Below the pieces are notes generated by a model. It did not search any database. It saw only the letters and a program-made list of their open reading frames with translations, and had not been told where the DNA came from. From the sequence record SRR20825019_2389: DNA of 51,357 nucleotides; one strand, 5' to 3'. Every line of letters starts with the position of its first letter. Position 1 is the first letter of the stretch. Shown here piece by piece: positions 28,639 to 38,781 of this stretch. Both the position numbers and the translations under genes were made by a program.

Positions 28639-29895
28639 ATGACTGACGAAATCAAAGACTATATTCATGGCCTAGGCAAAAACGCTGCAAATGCAGCAAA
28701 AGTGCTGGCCGTGGCTGATGAAGCCACTAAGAACACTGCACTTAACGCAGCAGCCAAAGCGTTGCGCGAAAGCAAAGACGCAATCCTTGAAGCCAACAAG
28801 AAGGACGTGTCTTATGCCAAACAGGCCGGTAAAAACGACGCGTTCATCGACCGCCTAATGCTGGACGCAAGCCGTATTGACGGCATGGCCGATGCGGTTG
28901 AGGCTATCGCCACACTGCCTGACCCAGTGGGGCGCAAACTCGCCACGTTCGACCGGCCCAACGGGCTCAAAATCGAACGCGTCGCTGTTCCCATCGGGGT
29001 TATCGGCATGGTGTTTGAAAGCCGCCCCAATGTTGGCGCCGACGCAGGCTCCCTGTGCCTGAAATCCGGTAACGCCATTATTCTGCGTGGCGGCTCAGAC
29101 AGTCACCATTCAACCAAGGCTATTGTTGCCTGCATGAAAGCGGGGCTCAAAGCTGCGGGCTTGCCGGAAGATGCGATCCAGTCGGTCGAAACCAAAGACC
29201 GGTCTGCCGTCAAGCACCTGCTAAAATGCGCCGAGTATGTTGACCTCGTGATCCCGCGCGGCGGCAAAGGACTGGTGAAGCTTGTCACCCAGGAAGCGGA
29301 AGTGCCAACGCTTCAGCATCTGGACGGCAACTGCCACACCTATATCCACAAGGACGCAGACCTCGAGAAGGCCACTGCTATTGTGAAAAACGCAAAACTG
29401 CGCCGCACTGGCATTTGCGGGGCTACGGAAAGCCTTGTAATCGACCGGGAGATCGCGGAACAAGCTATCCCCATGCTGCTTGATGCCATGCCTGATTGTG
29501 AGTTCCGTGGTGACAGCGATGCCGTGCTTATTGATGAGCGTGTTAAGGTCGCCTCCGATGAAGATTGGGGCACCGAATACCTTGACGCCATTATCTCTGT
29601 AAAACTGGTGGACGGGCTGGAAGATGCGCTCACGCATGTAGACAAACACTCATCCTACCACACCGACGCTATTGTTACCGAAAACGCGGTCGCCGCTGAG
29701 GCTTTCCTCAACACAATCGATTCCGCTGTGGTGATGCACAATGCTTCCACCCAGTTCTCGGATGGTGGGGAATTTGGCATGGGCGCCGAAATTGGCATTG
29801 CTACAGGCAAAATCCACGCACGCGGCCCTGTGGGCCTGGAGCAGCTTACCACGTTCAAATATAAAGTATTTGGCAATGGACAGGTTCGCGCCTAG
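28639..29895 (+). CDS. proA: Gamma-glutamyl phosphate reductase
   Basis: [28 protein letters not shown] (catalytic Cys) and [20 protein letters not shown] motifs. Confidence 0.96.
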   Translation: MTDEIKDYIHGLGKNAANAAKVLAVADEATKNTALNAAAKALRESKDAILEANKKDVSYAKQAGKNDAFIDRLMLDASRIDGMADAVEAIATLPDPVGRKLATFDRPNGLKIERVAVPIGVIGMVFESRPNVGADAGSLCLKSGNAIILRGGSDSHHSTKAIVACMKAGLKAAGLPEDAIQSVETKDRSAVKHLLKCAEYVDLVIPRGGKGLVKLVTQEAEVPTLQHLDGNCHTYIHKDADLEKATAIVKNAKLRRTGICGATESLVIDREIAEQAIPMLLDAMPDCEFRGDSDAVLIDERVKVASDEDWGTEYLDAIISVKLVDGLEDALTHVDKHSSYHTDAIVTENAVAAEAFLNTIDSAVVMHNASTQFSDGGEFGMGAEIGIATGKIHARGPVGLEQLTTFKYKVFGNGQVRA

Positions 29896-30003
29896 CGTGG
29901 CCGCTAGTGAGGTGGTTTTTAAATTCCCTTCATTCTTGGGGACGGGCATCTGGGAACTTAAAATCCTTAAACCTCACTAGAACAAACAACTTAGTATCGT
30001 TTA

Positions 30004-30057
30004 GAATCTGAAGTTCGAAAATTGCCTGCCCCAAATAATGATGCGAACTTCAGATTC
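30004..30057. repeat. Perfect 14-bp inverted repeat upstream of putP
   Basis: GAATCTGAAGTTCG (30004-30017), 26-nt spacer, CGAACTTCAGATTC (30044-30057). Confidence 0.75.
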
Positions 30058-30109
30058 ACAATACTAGACCAGACACAAACTCGGTACAGAAACTAGGGGA
30101 CAACACCAT

Positions 30110-31618
30110 ATGCATATCGCAACCATGATCTCTCTCGGGGCGTATTTTGTCCTGATGATGGCGATCGGCTATTATGCCTACAAAAAATCGACCAGTGACG
30201 TGTCCGGCTATATGCTTGGCGGAAGGCAACTGCACCCTGCTGTTGCATCGCTTTCTGCTGGCGCGTCGGACATGAGCGGCTGGATGCTGATGGGCCTGCC
30301 GGGTGCGGTTTTTGTTGCCGGTTTTTCTGCTGCCTGGATTGCTGTCGGCCTTTTGATCGGAGCGTATTTCAACTATCTGCTCGTGGCCCCTCGCCTGCGG
30401 GTTTATACCGAGGTCGCTGATGACGCCATCACGATCCCGGATTATTTCGAGAAACGCTTCAAGGATAACTCTCACTTCCTTCGTGTGCTCTCGTCTGTTG
30501 TCATCATTATCTTCTTCACGCTCTATACGTCTGCGGGCGTTGTCTCTGGCGGCAAGCTCTTTGAGGCATCGTTTGGCCTCAGCTACGAGGTTGGGCTTTT
30601 TGCCACAGCTGGTGTGGTGGTTGCCTATACGCTGTTTGGCGGTTTCCTTGCTGTTAGCCTTACCGACTTCGTGCAGGGGTGCATTATGTTTGTCGCCCTT
30701 GTAATGGTGCCCATCGTGGTGCTGTTTGACCTTGGCGGTGTTGGCGGCATGACACGGCAACTGGATACGGTTGACCCGGAGCTGATGAATATCATGAGCG
30801 GGCTTACCTTCGCCGGGCTAATCTCCAGCCTCGCATGGGGGCTTGGATACTTCGGCCAGCCCCACATCATTGTGCGCTTCATGGCCATCCGCAACCTCGG
30901 GGACGTTAAAACCGCACGCCATATCGGCATGAGCTGGATGCTAGTCACCGTTATTGGCGCTGTGGGTACGGGCCTCGCAGGCCTCGCATATGTTACCGCG
31001 GGCGGGCACGATATCGGTGACCCGGAAACAATTTTCATCTTCCTCTCGGAAGTGTTGTTCCATCCGGCTATCTCAGGCTTCCTGCTGGCGGCTATTCTGG
31101 CGGCCATCATGAGCACGATCTCGAGCCAGCTTCTGGTATCGTCAAGCTCGCTCACGGAAGATTTCTACAAAACCTTCCTGCGCAAGGAAGCCAGCCAAAG
31201 CGAGCTGGTGCTTGTTGGTCGCGCATCTGTCTTTGCGGTGTCCCTTGTGGCTATCGCACTCGCGTTTGACCGTTCCAGCACCATCCTCACGCTGGTCAGC
31301 AATGCATGGGCTGGCTTTGGCGCGGCTTTTGGGCCGATCATTCTCCTGAGCCTGCATTGGCGCCGCATGACCCGCGCTGGTGCAATTGCCGGCATGGTCA
31401 CGGGTGCTGTTACGGTGCTGTTCTGGATCTATGCGCCGATAGAGATCGCAGGCGCACGGCTTTCCGCTCATGTATATGAAATGCTGCCTGGCTTTATCCT
31501 CGCTCTTGCTGCTGCGGTCGTGGTTAGCCTGCGCACGAAGCCACATTCCAGTGAGATGGATGAAGGTTTCACAGCCATGGAAAAAGCCATGGTGGAACGC
31601 GCCGATCAATTGGGCTAA
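30110..31618 (+). CDS. putP: Sodium/proline symporter
   Basis: LSAGASDMSGWMLMGLPG, GGFLAVSLTDFVQG, WGLGYFGQPHI and AAILAAIMST motifs. Confidence 0.95.
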   Translation: MHIATMISLGAYFVLMMAIGYYAYKKSTSDVSGYMLGGRQLHPAVASLSAGASDMSGWMLMGLPGAVFVAGFSAAWIAVGLLIGAYFNYLLVAPRLRVYTEVADDAITIPDYFEKRFKDNSHFLRVLSSVVIIIFFTLYTSAGVVSGGKLFEASFGLSYEVGLFATAGVVVAYTLFGGFLAVSLTDFVQGCIMFVALVMVPIVVLFDLGGVGGMTRQLDTVDPELMNIMSGLTFAGLISSLAWGLGYFGQPHIIVRFMAIRNLGDVKTARHIGMSWMLVTVIGAVGTGLAGLAYVTAGGHDIGDPETIFIFLSEVLFHPAISGFLLAAILAAIMSTISSQLLVSSSSLTEDFYKTFLRKEASQSELVLVGRASVFAVSLVAIALAFDRSSTILTLVSNAWAGFGAAFGPIILLSLHWRRMTRAGAIAGMVTGAVTVLFWIYAPIEIAGARLSAHVYEMLPGFILALAAAVVVSLRTKPHSSEMDEGFTAMEKAMVERADQLG

Positions 31619-31632
31619 AGCCTGATAGGTTT

Positions 31633-31682
31633 AAGGCAGATGACGTAGCGGGAATAGCTTAAATGCTTACGTCATCTGCCTT
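31633..31682. terminator. Long hairpin between convergent putP and GH3 genes (probable terminator)
   Basis: AAGGCAGATGACGTA / TACGTCATCTGCCTT, a 15-bp inverted repeat with a 20-nt loop, followed by TCTT. Confidence 0.65.
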
Positions 31683-31690
31683 TCTTACCC

Positions 31691-34231
31691 TTACGGGCAA
31701 GTCGTAACTGGCTCTTCAGGCAAATCAAGCCTGATATTCGCGAGCGTAATATCTGCGGTTCCCTGCGCTTCAAACCTGAACGGCTCGGTGATAGCATCAA
31801 AGATGTCACCTTCTTCAGCGAGGCACGCAAGCGGTAGCTTGACAGTCTGCCACCCCTGCCCTTCAAGTTGGTTTACAGTGGCTGAAATATCATATTGGCG
31901 GGTACAATCTTCACCACATGTTAGGATGATGTTTGTGCCTTCATCCTCCACCGTGCGGGCATTGATATCAAACTCAAGAACCGCGCCAGCGCTTAAATGC
32001 CCGGACCAGTCAATCGCCGGCCCTGCTGCAATCACAAGGCTTGCCGGTGCAGATGTCATCCATTCGGTGCGCACAGCGTCACCCTGGATGTCTTTGTCCA
32101 CCACGCTGACTTTCGCGATACCGCTTGGCAGTGCCGCATAAGCGCCGCTCAGCTGGGCTGAGGTGCGATCGTCCTGCAATAGGAACATCCACGGCGCAAG
32201 TGTGCGCCCCGCGCTATATAGTTCAACGTCACCAAGCGCTTCAGATGCCACACCTTCAACATCTTCTGGCAGTTCTTTGAGGACAGACCCACCATTTGCA
32301 TATGTCAAGCCATAGCCAAACGCAAACAACGGGTCATAACCATCGTGATGCAGGTTAAGAACATCCTGAAGCGGCGTTTTAGGCCATGAAAAAGAAAGCT
32401 TGCCCTTGAAGTCATGCTTCACACTGCCGTCTGCGCCTGCAAGCAACACATCCGCAACACCGCCACCTTCTGTGCCCGGCAGCCATGCGGCTACAAATGC
32501 GTCAGAGGCGTTCAGCTCCGGGTTCACCCACAAGGGCCGCCCTGAAAGGAAAACGGTGACCACCGGCACACCGGCATCCTTGAGTTTTTTGATCAGCGCG
32601 AGGCTTTTCTTCGCTCCCGGTTCAAACTCCAGCGTATCCAGATCGCCCTGCCCTTCGGCATAAGGGTCCTCACCCACCACCACGATGGCGACGTCTGGTT
32701 TTTCGTCAAAACTACCGTCCACAGACAGCACAGTTTTGCCGCCTGCCTCTGTGACCGCTTTTTCAAGGCCGCTAAAAATTGAGCTGCCGCCCGGGAAATC
32801 GCTGTTCACATTGCCCGTGCCCTGCCAGCTGATGGTCCAGCCGCCGGTTTGCTTGCCGATATTGTCTGCGCCGTCGCCCGCAACAAGAATGGTTTGTCTG
32901 GGCTTGAGCGGCAGCAGGCCACCGTTATTTTTAAGCAGCACCAGGCTTTCACGCACAGCTTGACGGGCCACGGCGCGGTGCTCTGCCCGGCCGATAATAT
33001 CATCCTGCCCCGCAACGCCGCGCGCCGACGGCATGCCTTTTTCAAACAGCCCCGCCCGCACCTTGACCCTGAGAATGCGCGATACCGCGTCGTCAAGGCG
33101 GCTCATGGGAATAACACCCGATTTCACCTGCTCCAGCGTATTCGCATAAAGCTCTTTCCACTCCTCAATCGTCATGAAGAGGTCGAGGCCCGCGTTCACA
33201 GCTGTTGGGCACGATGCATTGGTGCAACCCGGCACCTGCCCGTGGCCGTTCCAGTCACCCACGATCAAACCGTCAAAGCCCATACGGTCCTTGAGCACAT
33301 TGGTGAGCATATATTTATTGCCGTGCATCTTGGCACCATTCCATGACGAGAAGCTCGCCATCGCGGCCTGTACCCCGGCCTCCAGCGCGCTTTCATAGCC
33401 CGCGCCATGCACGGTGCGCAGCTCTTCTTCCGACACCTTCGTGTTGCCCTGGTCGTCACCAGCCTCGGTGCCGCCGTCACCCACAAAATGTTTGGCCGTG
33501 GCGACAACATGGTTCACGTCCAGAAACTCAGGCGTGCCCGGTGTGCCCTGAAGGCCAAGGATCATTTCTTCCGCGTAGGCCTTCACAATAGAGGGATCTT
33601 CCGAATAGCTCTCGTAAGCCCGGCCCCAACGGTCGTTTTGCGCCACGGCAATGGTGGGCGCGAAGGTCCAGTCAATGCCGGTAGCCCGCATCTCCAGCGC
33701 CGTTACTTCACCAATCTTGCGGATAAGCGCGGGGTTATGCATGGCACCAAGGCCGATATTATGCGGGAAAATGGTCGCACCAATCACATTGTTGTGGCCA
33801 TGCACCGCATCGCTGCCCCAGATGATGGGCACCGCAGTGCCGCCATCTGCCGTATCTGTGGACGCTTTATAGAAGCTATCAGCCAGCGCAAGCCATTCGC
33901 CCGGCGTGGCGTGTTTGTTCCGGTTTGGCAATGAGCCGCCGCCATTGAGAACAGATCCAACGTGGTATTTCCGAATATCCTCGGGCGTCACATACTGAAT
34001 TTCGACCTGCATAATCTGGCCGACTTTTTCCTCGACGCTCATGCGCTCAAGAATGGCCCGAACCTGCGCCTCCTCAGCCGCATTCGCTTGCACCCGGCTT
34101 TCCACCTTAGGCCAGATGGTTACATCTTCTGCCCAAAGCGGTGACACAGAGAGTGAAAGCGCAACACCAGCCAACATGCTGGCACCGGTGAGAACCTTCT
34201 TGGCGTAGGTAAAGCGAGGACGCAAAAACAT
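31691..34231 (-). CDS. Periplasmic GH3 exo-beta-1,3/1,4-glucanase / beta-glucosidase (ExoP-like, extra C-terminal domain)
   Basis: Signal peptide; GSDAVHGHNNV, WGRAYESYSED, AKHFVGDG, nucleophile VGDWNG and GEDPYAEGQGD; GGAG RBS before ATG 34231. Confidence 0.93.
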   Translation of the reverse strand: MFLRPRFTYAKKVLTGASMLAGVALSLSVSPLWAEDVTIWPKVESRVQANAAEEAQVRAILERMSVEEKVGQIMQVEIQYVTPEDIRKYHVGSVLNGGGSLPNRNKHATPGEWLALADSFYKASTDTADGGTAVPIIWGSDAVHGHNNVIGATIFPHNIGLGAMHNPALIRKIGEVTALEMRATGIDWTFAPTIAVAQNDRWGRAYESYSEDPSIVKAYAEEMILGLQGTPGTPEFLDVNHVVATAKHFVGDGGTEAGDDQGNTKVSEEELRTVHGAGYESALEAGVQAAMASFSSWNGAKMHGNKYMLTNVLKDRMGFDGLIVGDWNGHGQVPGCTNASCPTAVNAGLDLFMTIEEWKELYANTLEQVKSGVIPMSRLDDAVSRILRVKVRAGLFEKGMPSARGVAGQDDIIGRAEHRAVARQAVRESLVLLKNNGGLLPLKPRQTILVAGDGADNIGKQTGGWTISWQGTGNVNSDFPGGSSIFSGLEKAVTEAGGKTVLSVDGSFDEKPDVAIVVVGEDPYAEGQGDLDTLEFEPGAKKSLALIKKLKDAGVPVVTVFLSGRPLWVNPELNASDAFVAAWLPGTEGGGVADVLLAGADGSVKHDFKGKLSFSWPKTPLQDVLNLHHDGYDPLFAFGYGLTYANGGSVLKELPEDVEGVASEALGDVELYSAGRTLAPWMFLLQDDRTSAQLSGAYAALPSGIAKVSVVDKDIQGDAVRTEWMTSAPASLVIAAGPAIDWSGHLSAGAVLEFDINARTVEDEGTNIILTCGEDCTRQYDISATVNQLEGQGWQTVKLPLACLAEEGDIFDAITEPFRFEAQGTADITLANIRLDLPEEPVTTCP

Positions 34232-34347
34232 GAAAATCTCCAGCAAACCTTGTCAGGCCACCCGGTGTTACCTCACCAACATACGGCCTTTGTATTGGCA
34301 GCACCTTCCCCAGCACCACCTCGTTTCCCGGAGATATTGCCCCAATA

Positions 34348-34361
34348 AGACAGCGCTGTCA
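34348..34361. promoter_or_regulatory. LacI operator (beta-glucan regulon), GH3 site 1
   Basis: AGACAGCGCTGTCA, 13/14 match to the TGACAGCGCTGTCA palindrome. Confidence 0.8.
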
Positions 34362-34402
34362 TGTCAGAATTTGAAAAATTGTCATAATTCGCCATAAATA
34401 TA

Positions 34403-34416
34403 TGACAGCGCAGTCA
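34403..34416. promoter_or_regulatory. LacI operator (beta-glucan regulon), GH3 site 2
   Basis: TGACAGCGCAGTCA, 13/14 match. Confidence 0.75.
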
Positions 34417-34502
34417 TAAAAACCAAGTTTTACAATGAAATTTCCCGATGTGGAGGCCGAACAGGTGAGGTAAAATCACGCGAGAGCTGCTCGCCTGAAG
34501 TC

Positions 34503-35531
34503 CTATCGGTTACGGATATCGGCCACGGAATCGCGCACACAAATCTCAAACGGGTGTACCGAACTCATTTCATGGCCTTCTTCATCCACGCCCTCGCCCA
34601 TGATCATTTCAAAAGCTGCTGCGGCCATCCCCTCCACCGGCTGGCGCACGGTGGTCAGTGCAGGCGAAATGGTGGTGGCGATTGCGTCATCATCGAAACC
34701 CGCAACTGAAAGCTCATTGGGCACGTCAACGCCCCGCTCCCGCGCGACAGCCAATAGCCCGGCGGCCATCTCGTCATTTGAGGCAAACACCGCGGTTGGC
34801 CGGTCTTCAAGGTCAAGAAGCGCATTCGCGGCAGCCCTGCCACTCGCGTAGGAGAACATGCCTGCCACCATATAGTCGTGCTGCACCCGAAGGCCGCCCG
34901 CCTGCATGGCACGCACATAACCGCGTTCACGGTCAAGCGAACAGGCGTGGTTTGGGTCACCCTTCACGAAAGCGATTTTCTTGTGCCCCATGGAGATCAG
35001 ATATTCTGTCATCTCGAACGCAGCCTGAAATTCGTCAATCGCCACCTTGCCCATGTCATCGGCCGGTACGCCCGGGCCGATACGTGCGGTTGGCACACCG
35101 CTTGTGCGCAAGGCGTTCAGCACAACCGTGTCGTCACAAATGGGCGGCGACAGCACAACGCCGTCAAACTTGATGCTGTTAAGCACCTGCCGAAGTTTGG
35201 CTTCATTGCCGCGTTCTTTCAGCACTTCAACCACCAGGTGGTAGCCTGCGGCTTCACACTGGTTCAAAATGCTGCGCAATACCTTGGAGATATAGTCCCC
35301 GCTCGGGTCATCAACAAAAAGCCCGAATATGTGGGATTTGGCGCCTGCAAGCCCACGGGCCTGCAGCGATGGCCTGAAGTTCAGTTCGTCCGCCACCGCA
35401 AGGATTTTATCGCGCTTGTCTTTGCTGACATATTTTTCGTTATTGAAAACGCGGGAGACAGTCTTCATCGAAACACCAGCAAGGCGTGCCACATCGCTCA
35501 TGGTCGCGTTTTTTGGTTTGATATAGGCCAT
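34503..35531 (-). CDS. LacI-family transcriptional regulator (beta-glucan locus)
   Basis: HTH TMSDVARLAGVSMKTVSRVF, FRPSLQAR, ASNDEMA and LTTVRQP motifs; GGAG RBS before ATG 35531. Confidence 0.95.
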   Translation of the reverse strand: MAYIKPKNATMSDVARLAGVSMKTVSRVFNNEKYVSKDKRDKILAVADELNFRPSLQARGLAGAKSHIFGLFVDDPSGDYISKVLRSILNQCEAAGYHLVVEVLKERGNEAKLRQVLNSIKFDGVVLSPPICDDTVVLNALRTSGVPTARIGPGVPADDMGKVAIDEFQAAFEMTEYLISMGHKKIAFVKGDPNHACSLDRERGYVRAMQAGGLRVQHDYMVAGMFSYASGRAAANALLDLEDRPTAVFASNDEMAAGLLAVARERGVDVPNELSVAGFDDDAIATTISPALTTVRQPVEGMAAAAFEMIMGEGVDEEGHEMSSVHPFEICVRDSVADIRNR

Positions 35532-35628
35532 TTTTGCTCCCGATCCGACACATACCCCCACGCATCAGATATGCATCTATCCGCATATGTGTTTATAGTA
35601 CAAGGAGATTGCGATTGTCACGCGAACA

Positions 35629-35642
35629 TGATAGCGCTGTCA
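35629..35642. promoter_or_regulatory. LacI operator between divergent lacI and MFS genes
   Basis: TGATAGCGCTGTCA, 13/14 match. Confidence 0.78.
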
Positions 35643-35683
35643 CGATTGCCAATATGACCTTCGTTTAAGAGACGGACCATTTT

Positions 35684-37033
35684 ATGCAGAAAAGCGGTGC
35701 AACAGTCTCACGGTGGCCAACATTTCTGGGCTACGGGTCGGGAGATTTTGCGCTCAACCTCTTTTGGCAAGGCACGGGTTTTTATCTCTTTTATTTCCTC
35801 ACCAATGTCAGCGGGCTTTCGGGCACCGTTGTGGGCACCATCTTCCTTATCGCCAGCCTTTGGGATGCCGTGTCCGACCCCATGATGGGCTATATTGCTG
35901 ACCGCACCAAAAGCCGCTGGGGGCCCTACAGGCCCTATCTTCTGTTTGGCTGTTTGCCGCTTTCAGCCTCGTTTGTGCTGATGTTCACACCCGTATCGTT
36001 CGAAAGCGAGCTTGCGCTGATCCTTTACGCCATTTTTGTGCTCATGCTGTTTCGCACGGCTTACACCGTGGTTTCCATCCCCTACTCTGCGCTCGGCGCG
36101 CGCGTAACCCGCAATTTTGATGGCCGTACCCGGTTGGCTGGCATTCGCATGTATTTTGGGTTTCTGGGCGGCGTGTGTGTCAGCTTCACCGCCAAAACAC
36201 TGCAGGAAAGCTATGGTGACGCGGCAGCCTTCAGCTCCATGGCCATGATCGCGGGGGTGATTGCCGTTGTTGTGCTGCTGGTGTGTTTCAAGACCTCACA
36301 CGAAAGCGCAAACCCGATCAACACACAGGAAACACCGACAAGCGCGCGGGAGAGCATCCGCGCCATCATGCGGAACAAGCCGTTTTTCCTGGTGGTGGGC
36401 GGCATCAGCCTTGTCACCATTGCCACCAGCACGGTTGGCCAAACCATGCTGTATTATTTTGAAAGCCATATCGGGGACCGATCCTCCGGCAACACAGCCA
36501 TCATCATCATGAGCGCAGCCCCGCTTGTCACCATACCATTGTGGTCTGCACTCACGCTGCGGGTGGGCAAGAAAAATGCCTGGATTCTGGGCAGCATTAT
36601 CGGCGCTCTCGGCCTTGGCATGTTGTATTTTGCAGCCATGAACGCGCTTTATTTCGCCTATCTCGGCACCATTGTCACCGTCGTTGGCCTCAGCGCCTAT
36701 GCGGTAATTTTCTGGAGCGTGCTGCCAGACACCATTGAATTTGGCCATTACCTCAGTGGTATCAAAAGCGAATCTTTCCTGATCGGCATCGCCTCCAGCT
36801 TCCAGAAAGTTTCCATCGGCGTTTCGGCTTTTGTCATCGGCATCCTGCTTGATCAAACCGGCTATAACGCCAGCCTGCCCGCATCACAGGAAACGGCAGA
36901 TGGTATCCGCGATATCTTTACGCTTATTCCCATTGGGGCGCTTCTCGCATCTGCTGCGTTGATGATTTTCTACCCCATCACCGCCAAATCCCACGCGGAT
37001 CTGGTGAGCAAACTGCAAGATCGCCTGAAATAA
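35684..37033 (+). CDS. GPH (MelB/GlcP-like) MFS sugar:cation symporter
   Basis: GYGSGDFALNL, WDAVSDPMMGYIADRTKSRWGPYRPYL, YTVVSIPYSAL and LPDTIEFG motifs. Confidence 0.92.
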   Translation: MQKSGATVSRWPTFLGYGSGDFALNLFWQGTGFYLFYFLTNVSGLSGTVVGTIFLIASLWDAVSDPMMGYIADRTKSRWGPYRPYLLFGCLPLSASFVLMFTPVSFESELALILYAIFVLMLFRTAYTVVSIPYSALGARVTRNFDGRTRLAGIRMYFGFLGGVCVSFTAKTLQESYGDAAAFSSMAMIAGVIAVVVLLVCFKTSHESANPINTQETPTSARESIRAIMRNKPFFLVVGGISLVTIATSTVGQTMLYYFESHIGDRSSGNTAIIIMSAAPLVTIPLWSALTLRVGKKNAWILGSIIGALGLGMLYFAAMNALYFAYLGTIVTVVGLSAYAVIFWSVLPDTIEFGHYLSGIKSESFLIGIASSFQKVSIGVSAFVIGILLDQTGYNASLPASQETADGIRDIFTLIPIGALLASAALMIFYPITAKSHADLVSKLQDRLK

Positions 37034-37053
37034 CCAACCCTATGGAGGCCCTT

Positions 37054-37839
37054 ATGCGTACCATCACCGCTTTCTTCCTCGCCGCTTTCAGCGTGCCCGC
37101 AATTGCAGGCGAAGCCATGACCCTTGTGTGGCAGGATGATTTTGATGGCATTTTGGATAAGCGCTCATGGCATGTGGTGGAAGGCAACGGCTGCCCGGAC
37201 CATTGCGGTTTTGGCAATAATGAGCTGCAGACCTACAAGGGCCACGCCCGCAACCTGCGCACCGAAGACGGCATGCTGATTATTGAGGCCCATAAGGCGG
37301 GAGAAGGCTTCACCTCAGCCAAGATCACCACGCAACCGCTTGGGGGCTGGAAATACGGCAAAATATCCATGCGCGCCAAACTGCCAAACGGCGTAGGCAC
37401 ATGGCCTGCTTTCTGGATGATGCCTATGACCAACACCTACGGCAGCTGGCCCAAGTCTGGCGAGATCGATATCATGGAGCATGTTGGTTACAACCAAGAC
37501 CATGTGCACGGCACCATCCACACCGAGGCCTACAACCACCGCATTGGCACCCAAAAAGGCGGCGAAACGCTGGTTGAGACAGCCTCAACCGAGTTTCATA
37601 CTTACGCCGTTGAGTGGGACGCGGCAGGCATGAAATGGTTTATCGACGGTGCTGAGTTTTACGCATTTGCCCGTGAAGACGGCTCGACCTCTGCCGAATG
37701 GCCTTTCGACCAGCCTTTTTATGCCATCCTCAATTTGGCTGTAGGCGGTGATTGGGGCGGCGCAGAAGGTGTTGATGAAGCCGCCTTCCCTGCCCGATAT
37801 GAGATTGACTGGGTTAAGGTTTGGCAAGCGCCGGAATAG
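37054..37839 (+). CDS. Secreted GH16 endo-beta-1,3-glucanase (laminarinase-type)
   Basis: Signal peptide; GFGNNELQTY, WPAFWM, catalytic GEIDIMEHVG and LNLAVGGDW; GGAGG RBS. Confidence 0.93.
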   Translation: MRTITAFFLAAFSVPAIAGEAMTLVWQDDFDGILDKRSWHVVEGNGCPDHCGFGNNELQTYKGHARNLRTEDGMLIIEAHKAGEGFTSAKITTQPLGGWKYGKISMRAKLPNGVGTWPAFWMMPMTNTYGSWPKSGEIDIMEHVGYNQDHVHGTIHTEAYNHRIGTQKGGETLVETASTEFHTYAVEWDAAGMKWFIDGAEFYAFAREDGSTSAEWPFDQPFYAILNLAVGGDWGGAEGVDEAAFPARYEIDWVKVWQAPE

Positions 37840-37946
37840 GCGATTAAGGGGCGGGAATGGGCCCTCAGGCTATTTTTGGCTGGACTATTCACAATCAACC
37901 GCCCAAACACCATTTAGCAGTAACAGCAGTTAAGCGTTGAGGTCCC

Positions 37947-38378
37947 ATGCGGCAGCACGGCAAAAACATGAACATATATAGCGGCAAGGCCTTCCGGCTT
38001 TTTGCCGCCTTGCTGTGCATGTTGTTTACTGCGCCGGTCAGCCACGCGCAGACTGCCTTCGCGGGTGAAGCAACGCTCAATGCTGTTACTGGCCCCGCCA
38101 ATGAGGTGATAGAGGCGGCTAACGTCACTAGCCAGTTCATCCCGCAGAAGGCTCAACCCGACAACACCCGTGACGGTGACGACCGTGAGCTTTGCGGTTT
38201 GGCGCCTTCCTTTGATATACATCAGCAATTCGTTGCCAGCCTTCGCGCCATAGCGCCAGAAAATCTGGCTACCCTTCCAGCAAGCTCACAGCAAAGCGCT
38301 AACGGCACACGCGCACCTCCTTCCCTTCGCAAAATATCAGTTAAGGCCCGCCCGGCACCTTGTGTGCGGACGGCCTAA
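37947..38378 (+). CDS. Exported hypothetical protein with a C-proximal RAPP motif (candidate arrest peptide)
   Basis: Signal-like segment AFRLFAALLCMLFTAPVSHA-Q, low-complexity linker, GTRAPPS with RAPP at 38310-38321. Start is 37947 or 37968. Confidence 0.55.
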   Translation: MRQHGKNMNIYSGKAFRLFAALLCMLFTAPVSHAQTAFAGEATLNAVTGPANEVIEAANVTSQFIPQKAQPDNTRDGDDRELCGLAPSFDIHQQFVASLRAIAPENLATLPASSQQSANGTRAPPSLRKISVKARPAPCVRTA

Positions 38379-38505
38379 TTTTCCACCTCAGTACATTTGC
38401 AAAGGGAAAACACATGTTTTCATCCCGTACCCCCATGGCGTGCGCGCACAGCGCTACCCGCCTTTACTATAACAGCAAACGTAAAAGCATCCGCGGAGGT
38501 CAGCT

Positions 38506-38781
38506 ATGAACAAGCTGAGAAAGCTGAAAAAACTGCGGCTATCACCCACACTGGGCGCACTGGCAGTAACGCTTTTTCTGGGCAGCGAAGTGGGCGTGGC
38601 CTTTTACTTCATTAGTCTGATTGCTGGCAGCGGTCCGCTCAGACTGGTGGCCTACGCAGGTGCACTGCTGGCCACGCTGTGGTTTTGTGTGGCCTTCTTC
38701 TGGCGCACCTATGTGCTTGAACTGAAGCTTCACGCCCGTGAACGCAGGAAAGCACAACATGGCAACACAGTTGTTGCCTAA
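38506..38781 (+). CDS. Small two-TM hypothetical membrane protein
   Basis: GGAGG RBS, basic N-terminus, two hydrophobic helices, 91 aa. Confidence 0.65.
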   Translation: MNKLRKLKKLRLSPTLGALAVTLFLGSEVGVAFYFISLIAGSGPLRLVAYAGALLATLWFCVAFFWRTYVLELKLHARERRKAQHGNTVVA

